From the NCBI RefSeq assembly GCF_000143415.4, contig NW_003314261.1:5482360-5546359 (forward strand): a stretch of 64,000 bases of DNA, in the 5' to 3' direction. Of this stretch, positions 1-12,928 are shown one piece after another (positions within the stretch are counted from its first letter, which is position 1; the number at the start of each line of letters is the position of its first letter). The notes below the pieces were generated by a model, which ran no database searches, was not told where the DNA came from, and worked only from the letters and a program-made list of their open reading frames with translations. The position numbers and the translations under genes were made by a program. This DNA comes from Selaginella moellendorffii (taxonomy: Eukaryota > Plantae > Lycopodiophyta).

Positions 1-199
1 CTATAACTCTAGCTTCTTCTCAAGAAGAGATTGAGTCAAGTTCTTTTAATGAAATCTTTGAAGGGAGGATGTACATGTAAATGCTTTAAATGAAATATCA
101 ACTTATTCAACACCATAACAAATTTTTTAGCTGATTTTAAAGATTATACATATATGTGCATTAAGCATGGAGCATTTGGAGAAATCAATAAATCTAATA

Positions 200-400
200 G
201 ATACATTTCTAGGTAATGAATTTTATGCTTTTTTATTTTTTATACATGTCTAATATAAATTTGTGACATGTTGTTCCAGACAACCATTGTTACATGCAAA
301 AAAGGTTTTACACTCTATAATAGCTTTAAAATATAGATAAGAGCTACTATCTACCTTTCATTCTTGAAACTAAGTTAATATAAAATATAAGAAAAGTAAA
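200..400 (+). mobile_element. Possible hAT transposase C-terminal (dimerisation domain) relic
   Basis: ~280-350 reads TTIVTCKKGFTLYNSFKI*IRAT, which resembles the hAT motif PxTxxxxERxFSxxxxxKxxxRxT. Heavily decayed, with stops. Confidence 0.3.
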
Positions 401-607
401 AAAAAAGCATTTTATTGCTGTTGCAAATACTTCATAAATTAGTCATTATTTTTCATCCAAACTCACTGATAATTTGTACTGAAAATGTGGATATCTTAAC
501 TTGAAACTCTTTGGCATATTGTTAGGATTTTTTATAATTTTATAAAAAGAGCAATCCACTTCAAATTTCTTTACTAAATACCTTTTTATGTAATTTAGTA
601 AGATATT

Positions 608-2045
608 TGTAAGTTACTAAATTTTCCATTTTATTTTAGTCACTTAACTATGCTTTTAACCATTTGGAAGAGTCTTACTTACAACCTCTATAAATCCTCA
701 TCCCGACTTGGTTATTCCTCAAATATGTTCTCACAATGCACTAACTTCACATTTGGTCCAAACTCTTTATATGTTAGGTCTCATTTTGGATATCAAAGGT
801 ACCTCTAATATACTAGCCTTTTATACTAAAGTTATCTCTGTTCTCAATATCACATTAATAGTCTAAAACCATTGGTACTACAATTTTATCTTTCCAAAAC
901 TAAACCACCCATGCATGAGTGGTCTTTCTATGACCACACCTTAGCATCCTTAAAATGCCCTAAGACATAAAGAACACCATCCCTTAATATCCCTTCTTTA
1001 ATCCCTACTAAGTATTTTTTACCCATGGTAGTGTTCACCAATACCACTAGTGGTTTAAGCCTTAGGAGCCCATCCACTAAGTCTCATTAACTTATAGGAC
1101 TTCCTTATTATGTAACCATACCCTTGATCACCAAACAAAAGGACCACTCCTTTTCCTTTTCACAATTCAAAATTTTGGAATGATATTTTAAAATATTGTG
1201 GCCCAAAGTGAGTCTCATAGATACTCCCCCCACCTTCCATTACTAGGATACCTCAACCATGTGGCTAAAGTGAAGCTTCAATAAGCTATATAAGGTATTT
1301 AAATAAGTAGTGCCACCCATATCTAGATTGGGAGTATTGACCATTCAATCTCCTAAAGGAGTTAGAATCAACTCTTAAACACTTCACTCAGTCACTTTAT
1401 ATATCCATCTATATTCATTTTAACTTTGGACTCTTTAATGTTCTATCATCACTTAACATATAAGTATAGTTTTCTTTAGTCACATTAGCCTTTCTTGGCT
1501 AAACTGGTTCTATTGGAGTCCTCCCTCTATTATCTTATAATGACTTATTAAACCCTTTAGAGTCTGGGAGATGATTGTTTTGGGCTTTTACTCTTGGACT
1601 CAAACTTAGATTTGGACTTGGTTATAATCTCAGTTTTGGTCTTAGTTTTGGTCTCAATCTCAGTTTCAAACTCCATCTTGGATTCCATCTTAGGCTTCAC
1701 CTCAGACTCCATTTTAGGCTCCATCTTAGACTCTATCTTAAACTCCTTCTTAGACTTCTTAGACTCCTTCTCAGACTCTATCTCAAACTTTTTCTTGGTC
1801 TCAATCTTGGAAGTAGATACTTCCAAGTGTTACAACATTCACCATGTGTTGATCATTCTTTTGTCCCTTTTTGAGACTCATTTACCAATTGCTTCATATT
1901 TATTCCTCAAACACTTCTTTGAAAGTTCCACTCCTGCTCTTGACTTTTTAAGTTTGAGCTTTTAATCCAAATATGTTACACTTGTTGGACTTTTACCTTG
2001 GTTATTACTTCATTGATCACTTTCAACTCTACTTTAGGACTTAGG
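608..2045 (-). mobile_element. Decayed LTR of family B in reverse orientation
   Basis: Starts TGTAAGTTACTAAATTTT at 608 and is the reverse complement of the LTR at 8094-9766, including the minisatellite (~1590-1800). Many C>T/G>A changes; the LTR 5' end is clipped at ~2045. Confidence 0.85.
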
Positions 2046-5000
2046 TAAATGAATTAAGTAATAAATTGAGTTAGTTATGTTCTAAATAAGATTGTTTAGT
2101 AAGGGTTGAGTTTTGAGCTTTTTCTTGAAAAGTGATTCAATTGTGGACTATATTAACTTCTCAAGAGTAAGAGTTAGTGATCAATATTGGAATGTTTAAA
2201 TTCTTGTTGGATTTGAGTTGGGATATATCGATCATTAATGATTATTTCTTGTACTTATTATGAAGTAAGTTACGTTTTGTTATTAAAAATGGATTCATAG
2301 AGGATCAGTTTGATGATCACTTATTGAGCATAGTTTCATTGTGCTTAACTTTTAGATTGATGCAAACATGCTCATTATTAGCTTTGCATTATGAAGTGTA
2401 GTTTATGGATGTGTTAAAGAGGATATTATAGGTTGTATCATGATTTCTTTTTTAGTATTGAAATTAATTTATGCAAGACTCGTAATCATTGTTAAGTGGG
2501 ACTTGGCTATAGGCTTCTTCAAGCTTTTGGTTCTTTGAGTTTTAGACTCATTGTTCCATTTATTATAAATTATTAAGGAAGGCATTTTGGCTCATTAGCT
2601 TTGATGTTGAAGTTAGATTTTGTATTTGGCAATTATTGATGATGATTGACTATCATCTAGGATAGTTAATTATCCTTGTCAGAGGTTTTGCTTAATTATT
2701 GTTGATTTAGAATGATTTGTCGTTCTTCGGGATGGTGGATTCTTTCTTTAACAATGATTATGCATATTTTTATTGATAGGATGATTGATGATCTTTCATT
2801 CTCTTTGATAACTTATGGCTTTTTGCATTACTACAAAGTTTTGTAGTTTGCTTTGGATTGGTCTCTTAGGTTTGAGACATCAGTAAGATCTTGCCAATGC
2901 TTGCATAAACAACTTAAATTCTTTCATATTGTTGACTGGGATTTATTTAGGTTGGCTAGTATAATAGTTAACATGAATGAGTGTTTGTTGGTCTTACCAC
3001 ATTCATTTTGTTTTGTTAATTATTGTTATAGTTGGTTTTGATAGATTGAATGTTATTTCCTTTGGATAATACATTCGTGAGCATTTTGCTTACCAATCAA
3101 TGATACTTTGTGTTCTTTGAATTATCTTTGGTAAGTTGTTTAACATACTGTTTGCAATCATTAATAGTTGAGTTTTATCATTAAGTTTTCTTAATGATCT
3201 ACTTGCTATTGAATTTTATTAGATGATGAATCTTATGTTTTCCAATTATAATGATCTTAGTAGTTCTTGTACTTTAATATATGGTTTATTGAATAATAAT
3301 TTAATTGGAATACTTTTGTGTTCTAATCTAAGATTTATTCACTAATACTTAAGCCTCTAAAATATTATTGTCTATGACTTTGATATTGTCCATCTGTTAA
3401 TCTTTGGGTTTGGGACAGTATAAGTAAACTAGCTTTGGCACCTTGTGTGCGTCATGAAATTTATTGGTCATATCACCTACCTTTCTCTCAATGTTTTTTA
3501 TTTTCATATTAAAAGGGCATGACCGTCTAAACAACTCTAACTGCCTATTTATAATAATCTATCTAAACCCTACCAATAGGTTTGGTTTCTTTGCTCATAA
3601 GGGTTAGGGCCTTTGACTTCTCTCTTTATGTCCCTACAGGTAGGGGTGTATCACACTTTTGTAAGTTAGGTGACACCCAAAGTAACAAAGGTGGCTAACT
3701 CTGTTGATTATTTCTTTATTAGCGATGGTTGGAAGGTATTTGAGTTGGTAGCACCTTTATGTTAGAGGAAGAGATTACCTCATAACTCATTTAAGTTTGT
3801 GCATTTCTCATAAAATTGTGAACACCATAAACTTTTTTTGGAGTTGTTTCCTTTGTAGTGTTTTAGACTAGAGTATGTATCGACGAGGATGTTGATCTTC
3901 TCTAAGGGGTGGAGAATGTCACAAATGTGACTGTTAATATCAAAAGTTACTTATCAACTAGTCCTTTTAGATATTCTTTCATTACTGCCACGATGGCAAG
4001 AAGTCAATATTACTAGACCCTTTATTAGTCCCTCTTTTTCAAGTGTTAGTAAACTACACTTAACATCTATACTTGGCCTGAAAAGCATAAGAAAGGAAAT
4101 TTTAAGTGTCTATTTAGCCAAGTATATTTAGCCCAGCTTGTTAGTTCTTTTTTACTTTATCTTGCATTGGCTTGACAAAAATCATTGCATATTGAAATTA
4201 GTCCCCCAATATCGCTAGATGATAGCTTACCATATTTACTAAACACCTTTGCTATCATGCATCTTGTGTTAGTATCATTTGATTTTAATTGCTATTTATG
4301 GAAAGTCTTTAGATTTACTAATTTGGCATATTTATAGAATATAGAGATTGTGAACACAATAGTGTTAGTCTCATGTCCAAATTCATAATTTAGCACCATT
4401 TCATATTTAGTAAGTTTTGAGTTAGTCCCAAAGACTAACTCCTAATACTAAGGGTGGCTAAAGTTGAAAGCCCAAAGTGTGTGTTCTTCTAGGGGCAGAG
4501 GGTGGGGGCGGAAGGGGTTGTGAGGGGTCTCAAATGTATAGTAGGGATAGTGGGTAGGTTAGGCATGGTTGACTAACTTGAGGTAAGCTCTTGCTTGTGT
4601 GCTTATCTTTTTTCTATGTCCGGCTTAGGCCTAATCCTAAGTTGCACACTATGCTAGCTGGTGGAGTACTTATATCCTCATGTTAGATCACTAATATGCT
4701 AAAATAGTGCTAGACTCTATTTGGCTCTATTTTGAATGTTAGTCCTAGGATTGGGATGCTGGATGCTCTAGGATTGTTTTTATGTCGTTTCGTGCTCTTG
4801 TTCCTTCACTCCTTGAGCTGTATGCTTAGAAGTCACTCTATGCTCCAGTACTTTCGCTCCTTGGCTCCATACTTAGGAGTTTGGCTTTGTTTTTTCATTC
4901 AATGGCCCAAGGTTCTGAAACTTGGGTTCCACACCACTGTTTTTGGACACGTGGCATGTGGCACATGGCATATAGAGGTTTTAGGTTCTACTTTGTGATT

Positions 5001-5052
5001 ATCCTATGGTAAATCATTATAGGATAAAGGGTAAAAACCACAATGTGATACA
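2046..5052 (+). mobile_element. Truncated older copy of LTR element family A (3' internal region, PPT and 3' LTR 3917-5052)
   Basis: 2046-3916 aligns by eye with ~16500-18367. A purine tract AAGGGGTGGAGAA precedes TGTCACAAATGTGAC at 3917, and the LTR ends GATACA at 5052. Confidence 0.85.
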
Positions 5053-5325
5053 AACAATTACCAAAGTTGATTTTTAGCCATTAATCTTTTATTCATATCC
5101 ACAATTTATTGCACTAAACAACTTAAGATTGCTACCTTTGTTTCTGGGGTTATCCTTTTGTTAGAAAATGCTTTGCTTTGTTAAGTTTAAAGGGTGTTCA
5201 TCATTGGTAAGTTTCACTAGCATTTTTCATTATAAGCACTATCCCTAACCCAATTTTGCAACTTTCATTTGGATCCTTTTTTGGAGACTACTTTTTAAAC
5301 ACATAATGCCATTGTATTATCATAA

Positions 5326-5519
5326 TGTAACCTACCAAAGAGAATGACTTGAGAGATGATCACATATAGAGGAAAAGGGCTTATGAATAATAGTGCACCT
5401 TTTTTTTTAATTGATTAAGGGTTTTAGGATACTTGGGGTTAAGTGTCTTTAGGTTTAAATAGTATTGGGTTGGGTGACCCCTTGGGAAGTTTAAATTCAA
5501 GAATTTACATATATATCAC
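5326..5519 (+). mobile_element. Small LTR containing a 5S rRNA A-box/IE/C-box segment (Cassandra-like TRIM LTR)
   Basis: Starts TGTAA. 5438-5490 GTTAAGTGTCTTTAGGTTTAAATAGTATTGGGTTGGGTGACCCCTTGGGAAGT aligns without gaps to the plant 5S segment GTTAAGCGTGCTTGGGCGAGAGTAGTACTAGGATGGGTGACCTCCTGGGAAGT. Confidence 0.7.
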
Positions 5520-7149
5520 TTCACTTTAGATATCTTTCTCACTAAGTCACCATGACTAAATTATACCATTACCAACAGTTTAAATCACTATTTTGAACTA
5601 AAAACCCTATTTCTTAACTCAATAAGGAGCTTATCTTTGATTAGCAATAAGATTACGTAGTTATCCCACATAGTCATCTCAATAGGTATTAGATTTATCC
5701 AACCTTTGTATTATTGGCAATTGAGATTGGGTGTCCCCATCCCATTTACCACAATCCTAGTGCCACTTACACTTGAGTAGTCAAATTAAATGTGTTAAAC
5801 TTTTATACCAAACACATTAACCATGCATCACAACTTTAGGGCATCCCCCAATTAGCAGTGTGCCCAATCCAACCTCCTTATTGAGAGTCCATAACTACCA
5901 AAAAATGAGTGTCTTTATATTCTAAACTATCATCACATATTAGTGGGTTGGAACTCGAACCCAAACACTATAGGGTTGACATTTGAACTCAACCTCTATA
6001 TATGAATCTATAGATGGCATCACTTTCTCATGTTGTTGCACTAAACTTAGACTCTTCCATATTTGGCCGCATGGCTACCCCTTTTGAAGTCAACACATTT
6101 AACTAGGGTCTTTATTCCTCCAACTTGCTAATCCCACTTAACAAATCATCTAACTAGTGTAATATAATTCTATACATATGCATGAAAGCCCTTAAATATC
6201 AACTTTAGTTCAAAGCCATTTCTTTAAACATACAAGAACTATTTCCCCAATCTTGATACCCTTGCCTAATGACAAGTTTCAAGAGTATATGTTACTCCAA
6301 TTTTGTGCATTTTTATAAATCATTGGCACTAATCTTCCTAAGTACCAACTTACCCAAAATTATCTTTAGAACCTTGAAAGGACTTTGTCCATTAATTTGC
6401 TAAGGCCTTTCCTTTCACAAATTTCCTACCTTTCATTTGGTTTAACATTAATAGTTCCATATTTTGGACTCTCTATGACACTATTATTATAACTAGCAAA
6501 ACCTTTAAGCATCTAACCACTCTAGGTTATATCTTTTGATTTCTATAGTTTAGTTCTATCCCTATATTATTTGTTTTTATTTCTGTATATTCCTTTTACC
6601 TATTCTCCTCTATATTAGGAGGGTATTTTTGTACTTTCTACTATGTATTAGCAAGTATTCTTAAGGATAAACTTACTCAATGATTTAGAGAGTGGTTCCT
6701 CAATTTAAATATGTTTATCTTATAATCTAACACACCATGATTAATGTTTGTTACTCATGAGTCTTTATATGCCTATTGTTAGTTGTGCCAAAATATTTTT
6801 TAGCCTTATCCACTTTGGATAGGAACCTCCCCATATTTAATTTTATTTAACCTTAGACTTTAAATAGCACCTCCTATCCATTATTTTCTAAGGGTTTCTT
6901 TAGTGTTTTAAGGTGCTTATATATTTTAATTTCAATGATGGACCTCACAGATAATAAGCATTTCTATTATGACACTCACTCACTATATTATAACATAAAC
7001 ACTTTATCCTTTAAAAGATGTATTTAACCTTCTTTTTATTTTAACAAAAAGTTTTGGGAAGTTAGCTACCACTATTTCAACTAATTACTCTAAAACTTTT
7101 CTTAATTACCTCATAATTATTATGTTCTACATGATTTTACACCTCAATC

Positions 7150-7410
7150 AATATGTAAGTTCTTGAATTTGGACCTCAGTACTATTTAAACCGAAAGACA
7201 CTTAACCACAAATATCCCAAAACCCTTAATTAATTGGAAAAGAGGGTGCACTAGACTATTTCCCTTTATATTTGAACCCTTATGAATCATTTTTTAAATT
7301 ATTCTTTTTAATTGCTTATAATCCACTATGCTTCCTTACGAGTTCACACCCTTTTCCCTTTATATTTGAACCCCTGTGGATCATCTTTCAAGTTATTCTC
7401 TTTAATTACA
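7150..7410 (-). mobile_element. Second copy of the 5S-bearing small LTR (C-box deleted) plus a partial tandem LTR end
   Basis: Reverse-complement similarity to 5326-5519 and direct similarity to 22628-22856. The segment TTTCCCTTTATATTTGAACCC is duplicated at ~7259 and ~7353. Confidence 0.6.
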
Positions 7411-8041
7411 TATGCAATATTTGGTCAAAACATATGAATCCCATGCCCTTTCATTTAAGCTACATTAATGTCGTGAATGTGACTTCGGGTATCGAAAGTT
7501 ACCTGTCAGCCAGTCCTTATGGACACTCTTACCTTACTGCCACAATGGTAGGAGGTCGGTATTGCTAGTTCTCTTTATTAGTCCCTCTTGTTCAAGTGTT
7601 AGTAAACTGGGCTTAGCATTTGTACTTGGCCGGATGAGCATAAGGAAGGAATTCGTAAGTGTCTATTTAACTGAGCATACTCGGCCCGGCTTGTTAGTTC
7701 TCTTTTGCTCTGTCTTGCACTGGCTTGACAAGAACCCTCGCGTATTGAGACTAGTCCCTCAATATCGCTAGATAATAGCTTACCATGTCTTCCAAACGCC
7801 CTCGCTATCATGCCCTTTGTGTTAGTCTCATTTTGGTCCCAAATGCTATTTATGGAAAGTGTCTAGATTTGCTCATTTGGCATATCTACGGAATGTAGAG
7901 ATTGACTTGAACACAATGGTGTTCATCCCGTGTCCAAATTCACAATCTAAGGACATTATATATTTAGTAAGTTTCGAGCAGAGACTAACTCCTGGTACTA
8001 AGGGAGGCTTGGGGTGAAAGCCCAAAGTGTGTGTTCCTCAA

Positions 8042-8093
8042 GGGGGGGGGGGGAAAGGGGAGGGGGGGGGGAAAGGGGGGGGGGGGGGGGGGG
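8042..8093 (+). repeat. Poly-G / G-rich tract at the nested insertion site
   Basis: 52-nt run of G interrupted only by A. The equivalent position in the 3' LTR has about 10 G (18948-18957). Confidence 0.9.
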
Positions 8094-11000
8094 TGTGAGA
8101 CACAAAATCCCTAGGCCCCAAAGTGGAGCCGGAAGTGTGCCACGTGGTAGTGGCTGAAGCAAAAGCCAAACGAGCGTAACACGTTTGGACCAAAAGCTCC
8201 AACTTGAAAAGTTGAGAGCGGGAGTGGAACTCCCAACAAAGTGCTTGAGGAATGAGCACGAAGCGAACAATAAGCGAGGCTCCAAAAAAGGGACCCAAAA
8301 GGACCAACACATGACACGTGGAAGTGTTGGAGATGGACCCGAGTTGGAGTCCAAGATGGAGTCTAAGATGGTAAGATGGACCCGAGGTGGAGTTCGAGAT
8401 AGAGTCCGAGATGGACCCGAGATGGAGTCTGAGATGGAGTTCGAGATGCACCCGAGATGGAGTCCGAGATGGACCCGAGATGGAGTCCGAGGTGGAGTCC
8501 GAGATGGACCCGAGATGGACCCGAGGTGGAGTCCGAGATGGAGTCCGAGATGGACTGAGACGGAGTCCGAGATGGAGTCCGAGATGGACCCGAGATGGAA
8601 TCTGAGATGGAGTCCGAGAAGGACCCGAGATGGAGACCAAGGTCGAGACCGAGACCGGGACTGAGACCAGGACCGAGACCAAGACCGAGACTGGGACCGA
8701 GACCGAGCCCGAGCCCAAGTTTGAGTCCGAGTCCAAGTCTGAGTCTGAGTCCGAGTTCGAGTCTGAGAGGGTGAAAGCCCAAAGCGTTCGTCTCCCAGAC
8801 CTTGGGGGGTTTAGTGAGCTCCAAAAGTATAGTAAGGGGGAGGACTGCAGTGGAGCTAGTTTGGCCAGGAAAGGCCAATTTGGCCCAGGAAGGCCAGACC
8901 CAGTGTTGGGTGATGAATTGACCACTGGGAAGTCCAAGACTAGAGTGAATACGGACCGACAAGAGGGGTAGCTTGGTGAAGTGTTCAAGAGTCGGCTCTA
9001 GTTCCCTCGGGAGATCGACTAGCCAATGCTCCTAGTCCAAGTGTGGGTGGCACTACCTACTTGGATACCTGGCATGGCTCAACGGAACCTCGCTCTAAGC
9101 CCATGGCTAGAGCACCTAAAGGCGCAAGTTGGGGAGAGTACCCACGGGGCTCGCGTAGGGCCACGGTGTTTCGAAATGTTGTCCCGAAGTCCCAAATGGG
9201 GGAAAGGAGGAGGAGCAATCCTCTAGTGTAGTGACTACAAATACGGTCACATGGTGAGGAAGTCCCAGAGGACAATAGGACTTAGTGGCCGGGCCTGCGG
9301 GCCTTGATCTAGTGGTAGTGTTGGTGAACATGGCCATGGACGAAAAAGGGACTTGGCAGGAACTGACAAAGGGATGTTGGGGAAGGCTATTCCCCATGTC
9401 AGTGGGCATCCTAAGGATGCTAAGGAGTGGATCTGGGATGACCACTCGTGGACGGACAGCCCGGTCTTGGAGAGACGGGATCGTGATGCAAGTGGTATTG
9501 GACCACCAGTGCAGCAAAGGTGAATGGGCATGGCTTTAGTGTAACAGGCCGATATGTCAGTGGTACCTTTGGGTGTCGGTCTTGGGATTAAACACGTGGA
9601 GCACTTGGACCAAGTGCAAGGGATGAGTGGCATGGATGCCATTTTTGGGACTAACAAGTCCCAAGTCCTGAATTGAACTTAAAAGGAGGTTGTGAATGAG
9701 ACTCCTCCAAGTGGTCAGAGGTGTGGTTAAGTTACTAAAGTAGAACGAAAAATTTAGTCTCTTACAACTTGGTATTAGAGCTGTTCCTTAGTCTAACTTT
9801 TATTGGTGCTCAAATATATCACCCTTGATATTGGCTTCGGAAGGTCCTAGGAGTGGGCCTATCCTTGAGGAGTAGCATGTCGAGAGGACATGGCTCTCCA
9901 CTCAAGTTTATGCGTGAACTTAGGCGTGATATGGTGGATAGAAAAGGGGCCAATAAGGGAATGACTTTGGGATCTTGGGAACAATATAAGGGTTTCCTCA
10001 GAGAGTTGAGAATGTGATATAGATGAGTGTTTGACGTAGCCAATTGGCTAATATAGTTGTGGTAAACAATTATAGTTGGGATCACGTGAAAGATAGAGAC
10101 ACTAAAGCAATAAAGGAGTCACAAGATTATCTTCATATAGTTGAGGTTGGTGCTCATGAATGTGAGACCAGAAGTAATAACCGCGGGAGGTCAAATACGG
10201 AAAAGAACACAAGTCCTTGAAATGGTAGCTAGAGCTACCTTTAATAAATGCTTGAACAACCCAAAGAGTTGGGGGTGTACTCAGAGGATGAATTGGTGTT
10301 CTCATCATATGGACAAATGGTCCTAAGGGGCAAAAGGTTGCCCCAAGAGAACAAATCAAGTGTCGGAGTAACACTTGTAAAGATGGTCCTTGTGAGTAGG
10401 ATCTGAATACAAGAAGTTGTATTCCAGCGAGCTAGCACCTCAAAGGTAGGACCTCACGGGTTGTCGGATGATAAAGTCCAAAAAGCTGGATGACTCAAAT
10501 AAGAGTCAAGGAATAATTCTAAGGGATTGGTTAAAGTATTTGGACTGAGGTGTATGGTGCCCATGAGGTATGGGGAAGATCATAAGATCCAAGTATGAGA
10601 ACAATAGGTATCTCATTGATGGCAGAATGTGCCATACTAAAGTTGTGGGAAAGATGTTCCCAGAAGAAAGCAACTTTGGCCTAGAGTTGGGTGTAAACAC
10701 TATGGTGCGGTGCTAACAAATAGTTAGCATGAGGAACAACCATATTGGTCTTGGCAAAGAGACGCTAATAAGTAGCGTTATAAGGATAGGCTCGTGGGGC
10801 CAATGGTGTGGAAACACTAAATGTGCCAAAGTGTGATACCTTAAGGTTATGTTGGTGGGTTCATAAGAACCCCTTTCCAAAGGGAATCCCAACGGAAATG
10901 GGTATGGCATAGCCTAAGCTGGAAGGCATGTGGTAAAGTGTGGTGACCAAAACAATGATGGAGGTGTGGAAGCACTAGTAATGAGTTATAGGACTTGACA

Positions 11001-12928
11001 ACTATGAGGCAACTAAGCAAAAGGTGCAAGATAATTTATTAAACTGGTAGAAGGTAACGACCCAAGACTTATTAATGGCATAAGGAAGTTAAATATACCC
11101 TTATAGGGGATAAATTGCTTATGTTGCAATATAATAAGTCAATGTCGAAAAAGGAAATGCTCATTGTCAAAAAGGCCATTATTGGGACACCCAAACACTC
11201 TAGAACACTTGGAAGTGGTGTTTGATATTGCGAGGGCAATAGATAAAGCCCAAGGGACTAAGTCTTTAGCAAATGATGGATAGAAGGTGCTATCCAAATG
11301 TCCGAGGTTGCAAAGACAGAAGAAGTCCGTCTATCCAAATCGGATAAAGCCAAAAATGGAATTTTGGCAAGGCTAGTGATGGGCATATAAAGGCCCATAT
11401 GTAGCAACGTTAATCCTGGTGTGTGGGAATATAAAGTGAGCATACCCAGATTGAGGAACCACTCCCTAGGCTATTGTGTAGGTTCATCCCCAAGAATACT
11501 TGATAAAGCATGGTAAAAGGTGCAAAGCTATCCTCCTAGTTTGGAGACGAATAACCAAAGGAAATGTGTAAGGCCAAAAGCAAGTAGTAAAGGGATAGAA
11601 CCAAACCATAGGAATCAAAGAGCATAACCAAGGGTGGTTATGTCAGTTGGGAGTGGAGAATCAAGTGGGCGCTCGAGTATGTTGTTACTAGCAGCTGTGG
11701 TGCCATAAAAAGTCTAAAGCATAGAATTGTCCATGCTAGGAGAGGCCTTAGCAAGCTAAGGGACAGAGTTCCTTCAAGTTCCCAAAGACGATTCTAGGTA
11801 GCTTAGTACCTAGAAAGGCCAAGTGTAAATGGTTCCTAGAGCGCGCAAAATCGAAGTGGCACAGCAGAAGCGTGGTCTTGAAGCTGGCCATGAGGCGAGG
11901 CTATCAAGGTTGGGGAAGTAGTTCCCAAGTGTTCAAAGAGAGGGTTTTGAATGAAAGTCGATGGTTAGGGACTTTCACGCTTATGCATGAACCATGTTAC
12001 GGTGGCCAGATGACTTGCTAAGTGAGATTGGCAAGTCAAGGGGACAAATCCCCTAGTTGAAGGTGCTAGCTTCAAAAAAGGTGGCCTATAGGGCCGAGCA
12101 TGGAGGAGTCCATGCATGATCACAGACTTGTCAAAGTGAGAGGACTTGGCAGTGTAGGGAAACTAGGTTCCTAAGTTGTAATCTAGTTCCCTCGGGAGAT
12201 CGACTGGCCGATGCTCCTAGTCTAAGTGTGGGTGGCACTACCTACTTGGATACTTGGTGTGGCTCAACGAAACCTCGTTCTAAGCCCATGGCTAGAGCAC
12301 TTAAAGGCGGAAGGTGGGGAGAGTACCCACGGGGCTCACGTAGGGCCACGGTGTTCCGAAATGTTGTCCCGAAATCCCAAATGGGGGAAAAAAGGAGGAG
12401 CAATCCTCTAGTGTAGTGACTACAGATACAGTCACATGGTGAGGAAGTCCTAGAGGACAATGGAACTTAGTGGCCGGGCCTACAGGCCTTGATCTAGTGG
12501 TAGTGTTGGTGAACATAGCCATGGACAAAAAAGGGACTTGGCAGGAACTGACAAAGGGATGTTGGGGAAGGCTATTCCCCATGTCAGTAGGCATTCTAAG
12601 GATGCTAAGGAGTGGATCTGAGATGACCACTCATGGACGGATAGCCTAATCTTGGAGAGATAGGATCGTGATGCAAGTGGTATTGGACCACCAGTGCGGC
12701 AAAGGTGAATAGGCATGGCTTTAGTGTAACAGGCTGGTGTCGGTCTTAGGACTATACACGTGGAGCACTTGGACCAAGTGCAAGGGATGAGTGGCATGGA
12801 TGCCATTTTTGGGACTAGCAAGTCCCAAGTGCTGAATTGCACTTAAGGAGGTTGTGAATGAGACTCCTCCAAGTGGTCAAAAGTGTGGTTAAGTGACTAA
12901 AGTAGAATGGAAAATTTAGTCGCTTACA
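8094..12928 (+). mobile_element. Nested LTR retrotransposon, family B (gypsy-like remnants), inserted in the 5' LTR of element A
   Basis: TGTGAG..CTTACA termini flanked by G-runs (TSD GGGGG). 5' LTR 8094-9766 and PBS TGGTATTAGAGC at 9770-9781. The 3' LTR is present only as ~12182-12928 (equivalent to 8997-9766). RNase H-like remnant KEMLIVKKAI at ~11150. Confidence 0.88.
8330..8768 (+). repeat. Minisatellite inside LTR B (11/12-bp GAGATGGACCC / GAGATGGAGTCC units, then 6-bp GAGACC/GAGTCC units)
   Basis: Directly visible tandem units. They account for the low-complexity ORFs in all frames here and at 1557-1965. Confidence 0.9.

Noticed and set aside
5438-5490. 5S rRNA gene call
   Set aside because: Only the internal promoter half is present, embedded in a TG..CA repeat; there is no 5S 5' end or tandem array.
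8330-8640. CRISPR-like appearance of regular repeats
   Set aside because: The units are contiguous 11-12 bp repeats with no unique spacers, there are no cas genes, and the context is eukaryotic.
7998-8988. Long overlapping ORFs (up to 316 aa) with MESE/RWSP/LHLG repeats, also at 1557-1965
   Set aside because: They are by-products of the stop-poor minisatellite inside LTR B and are open in several frames on both strands.
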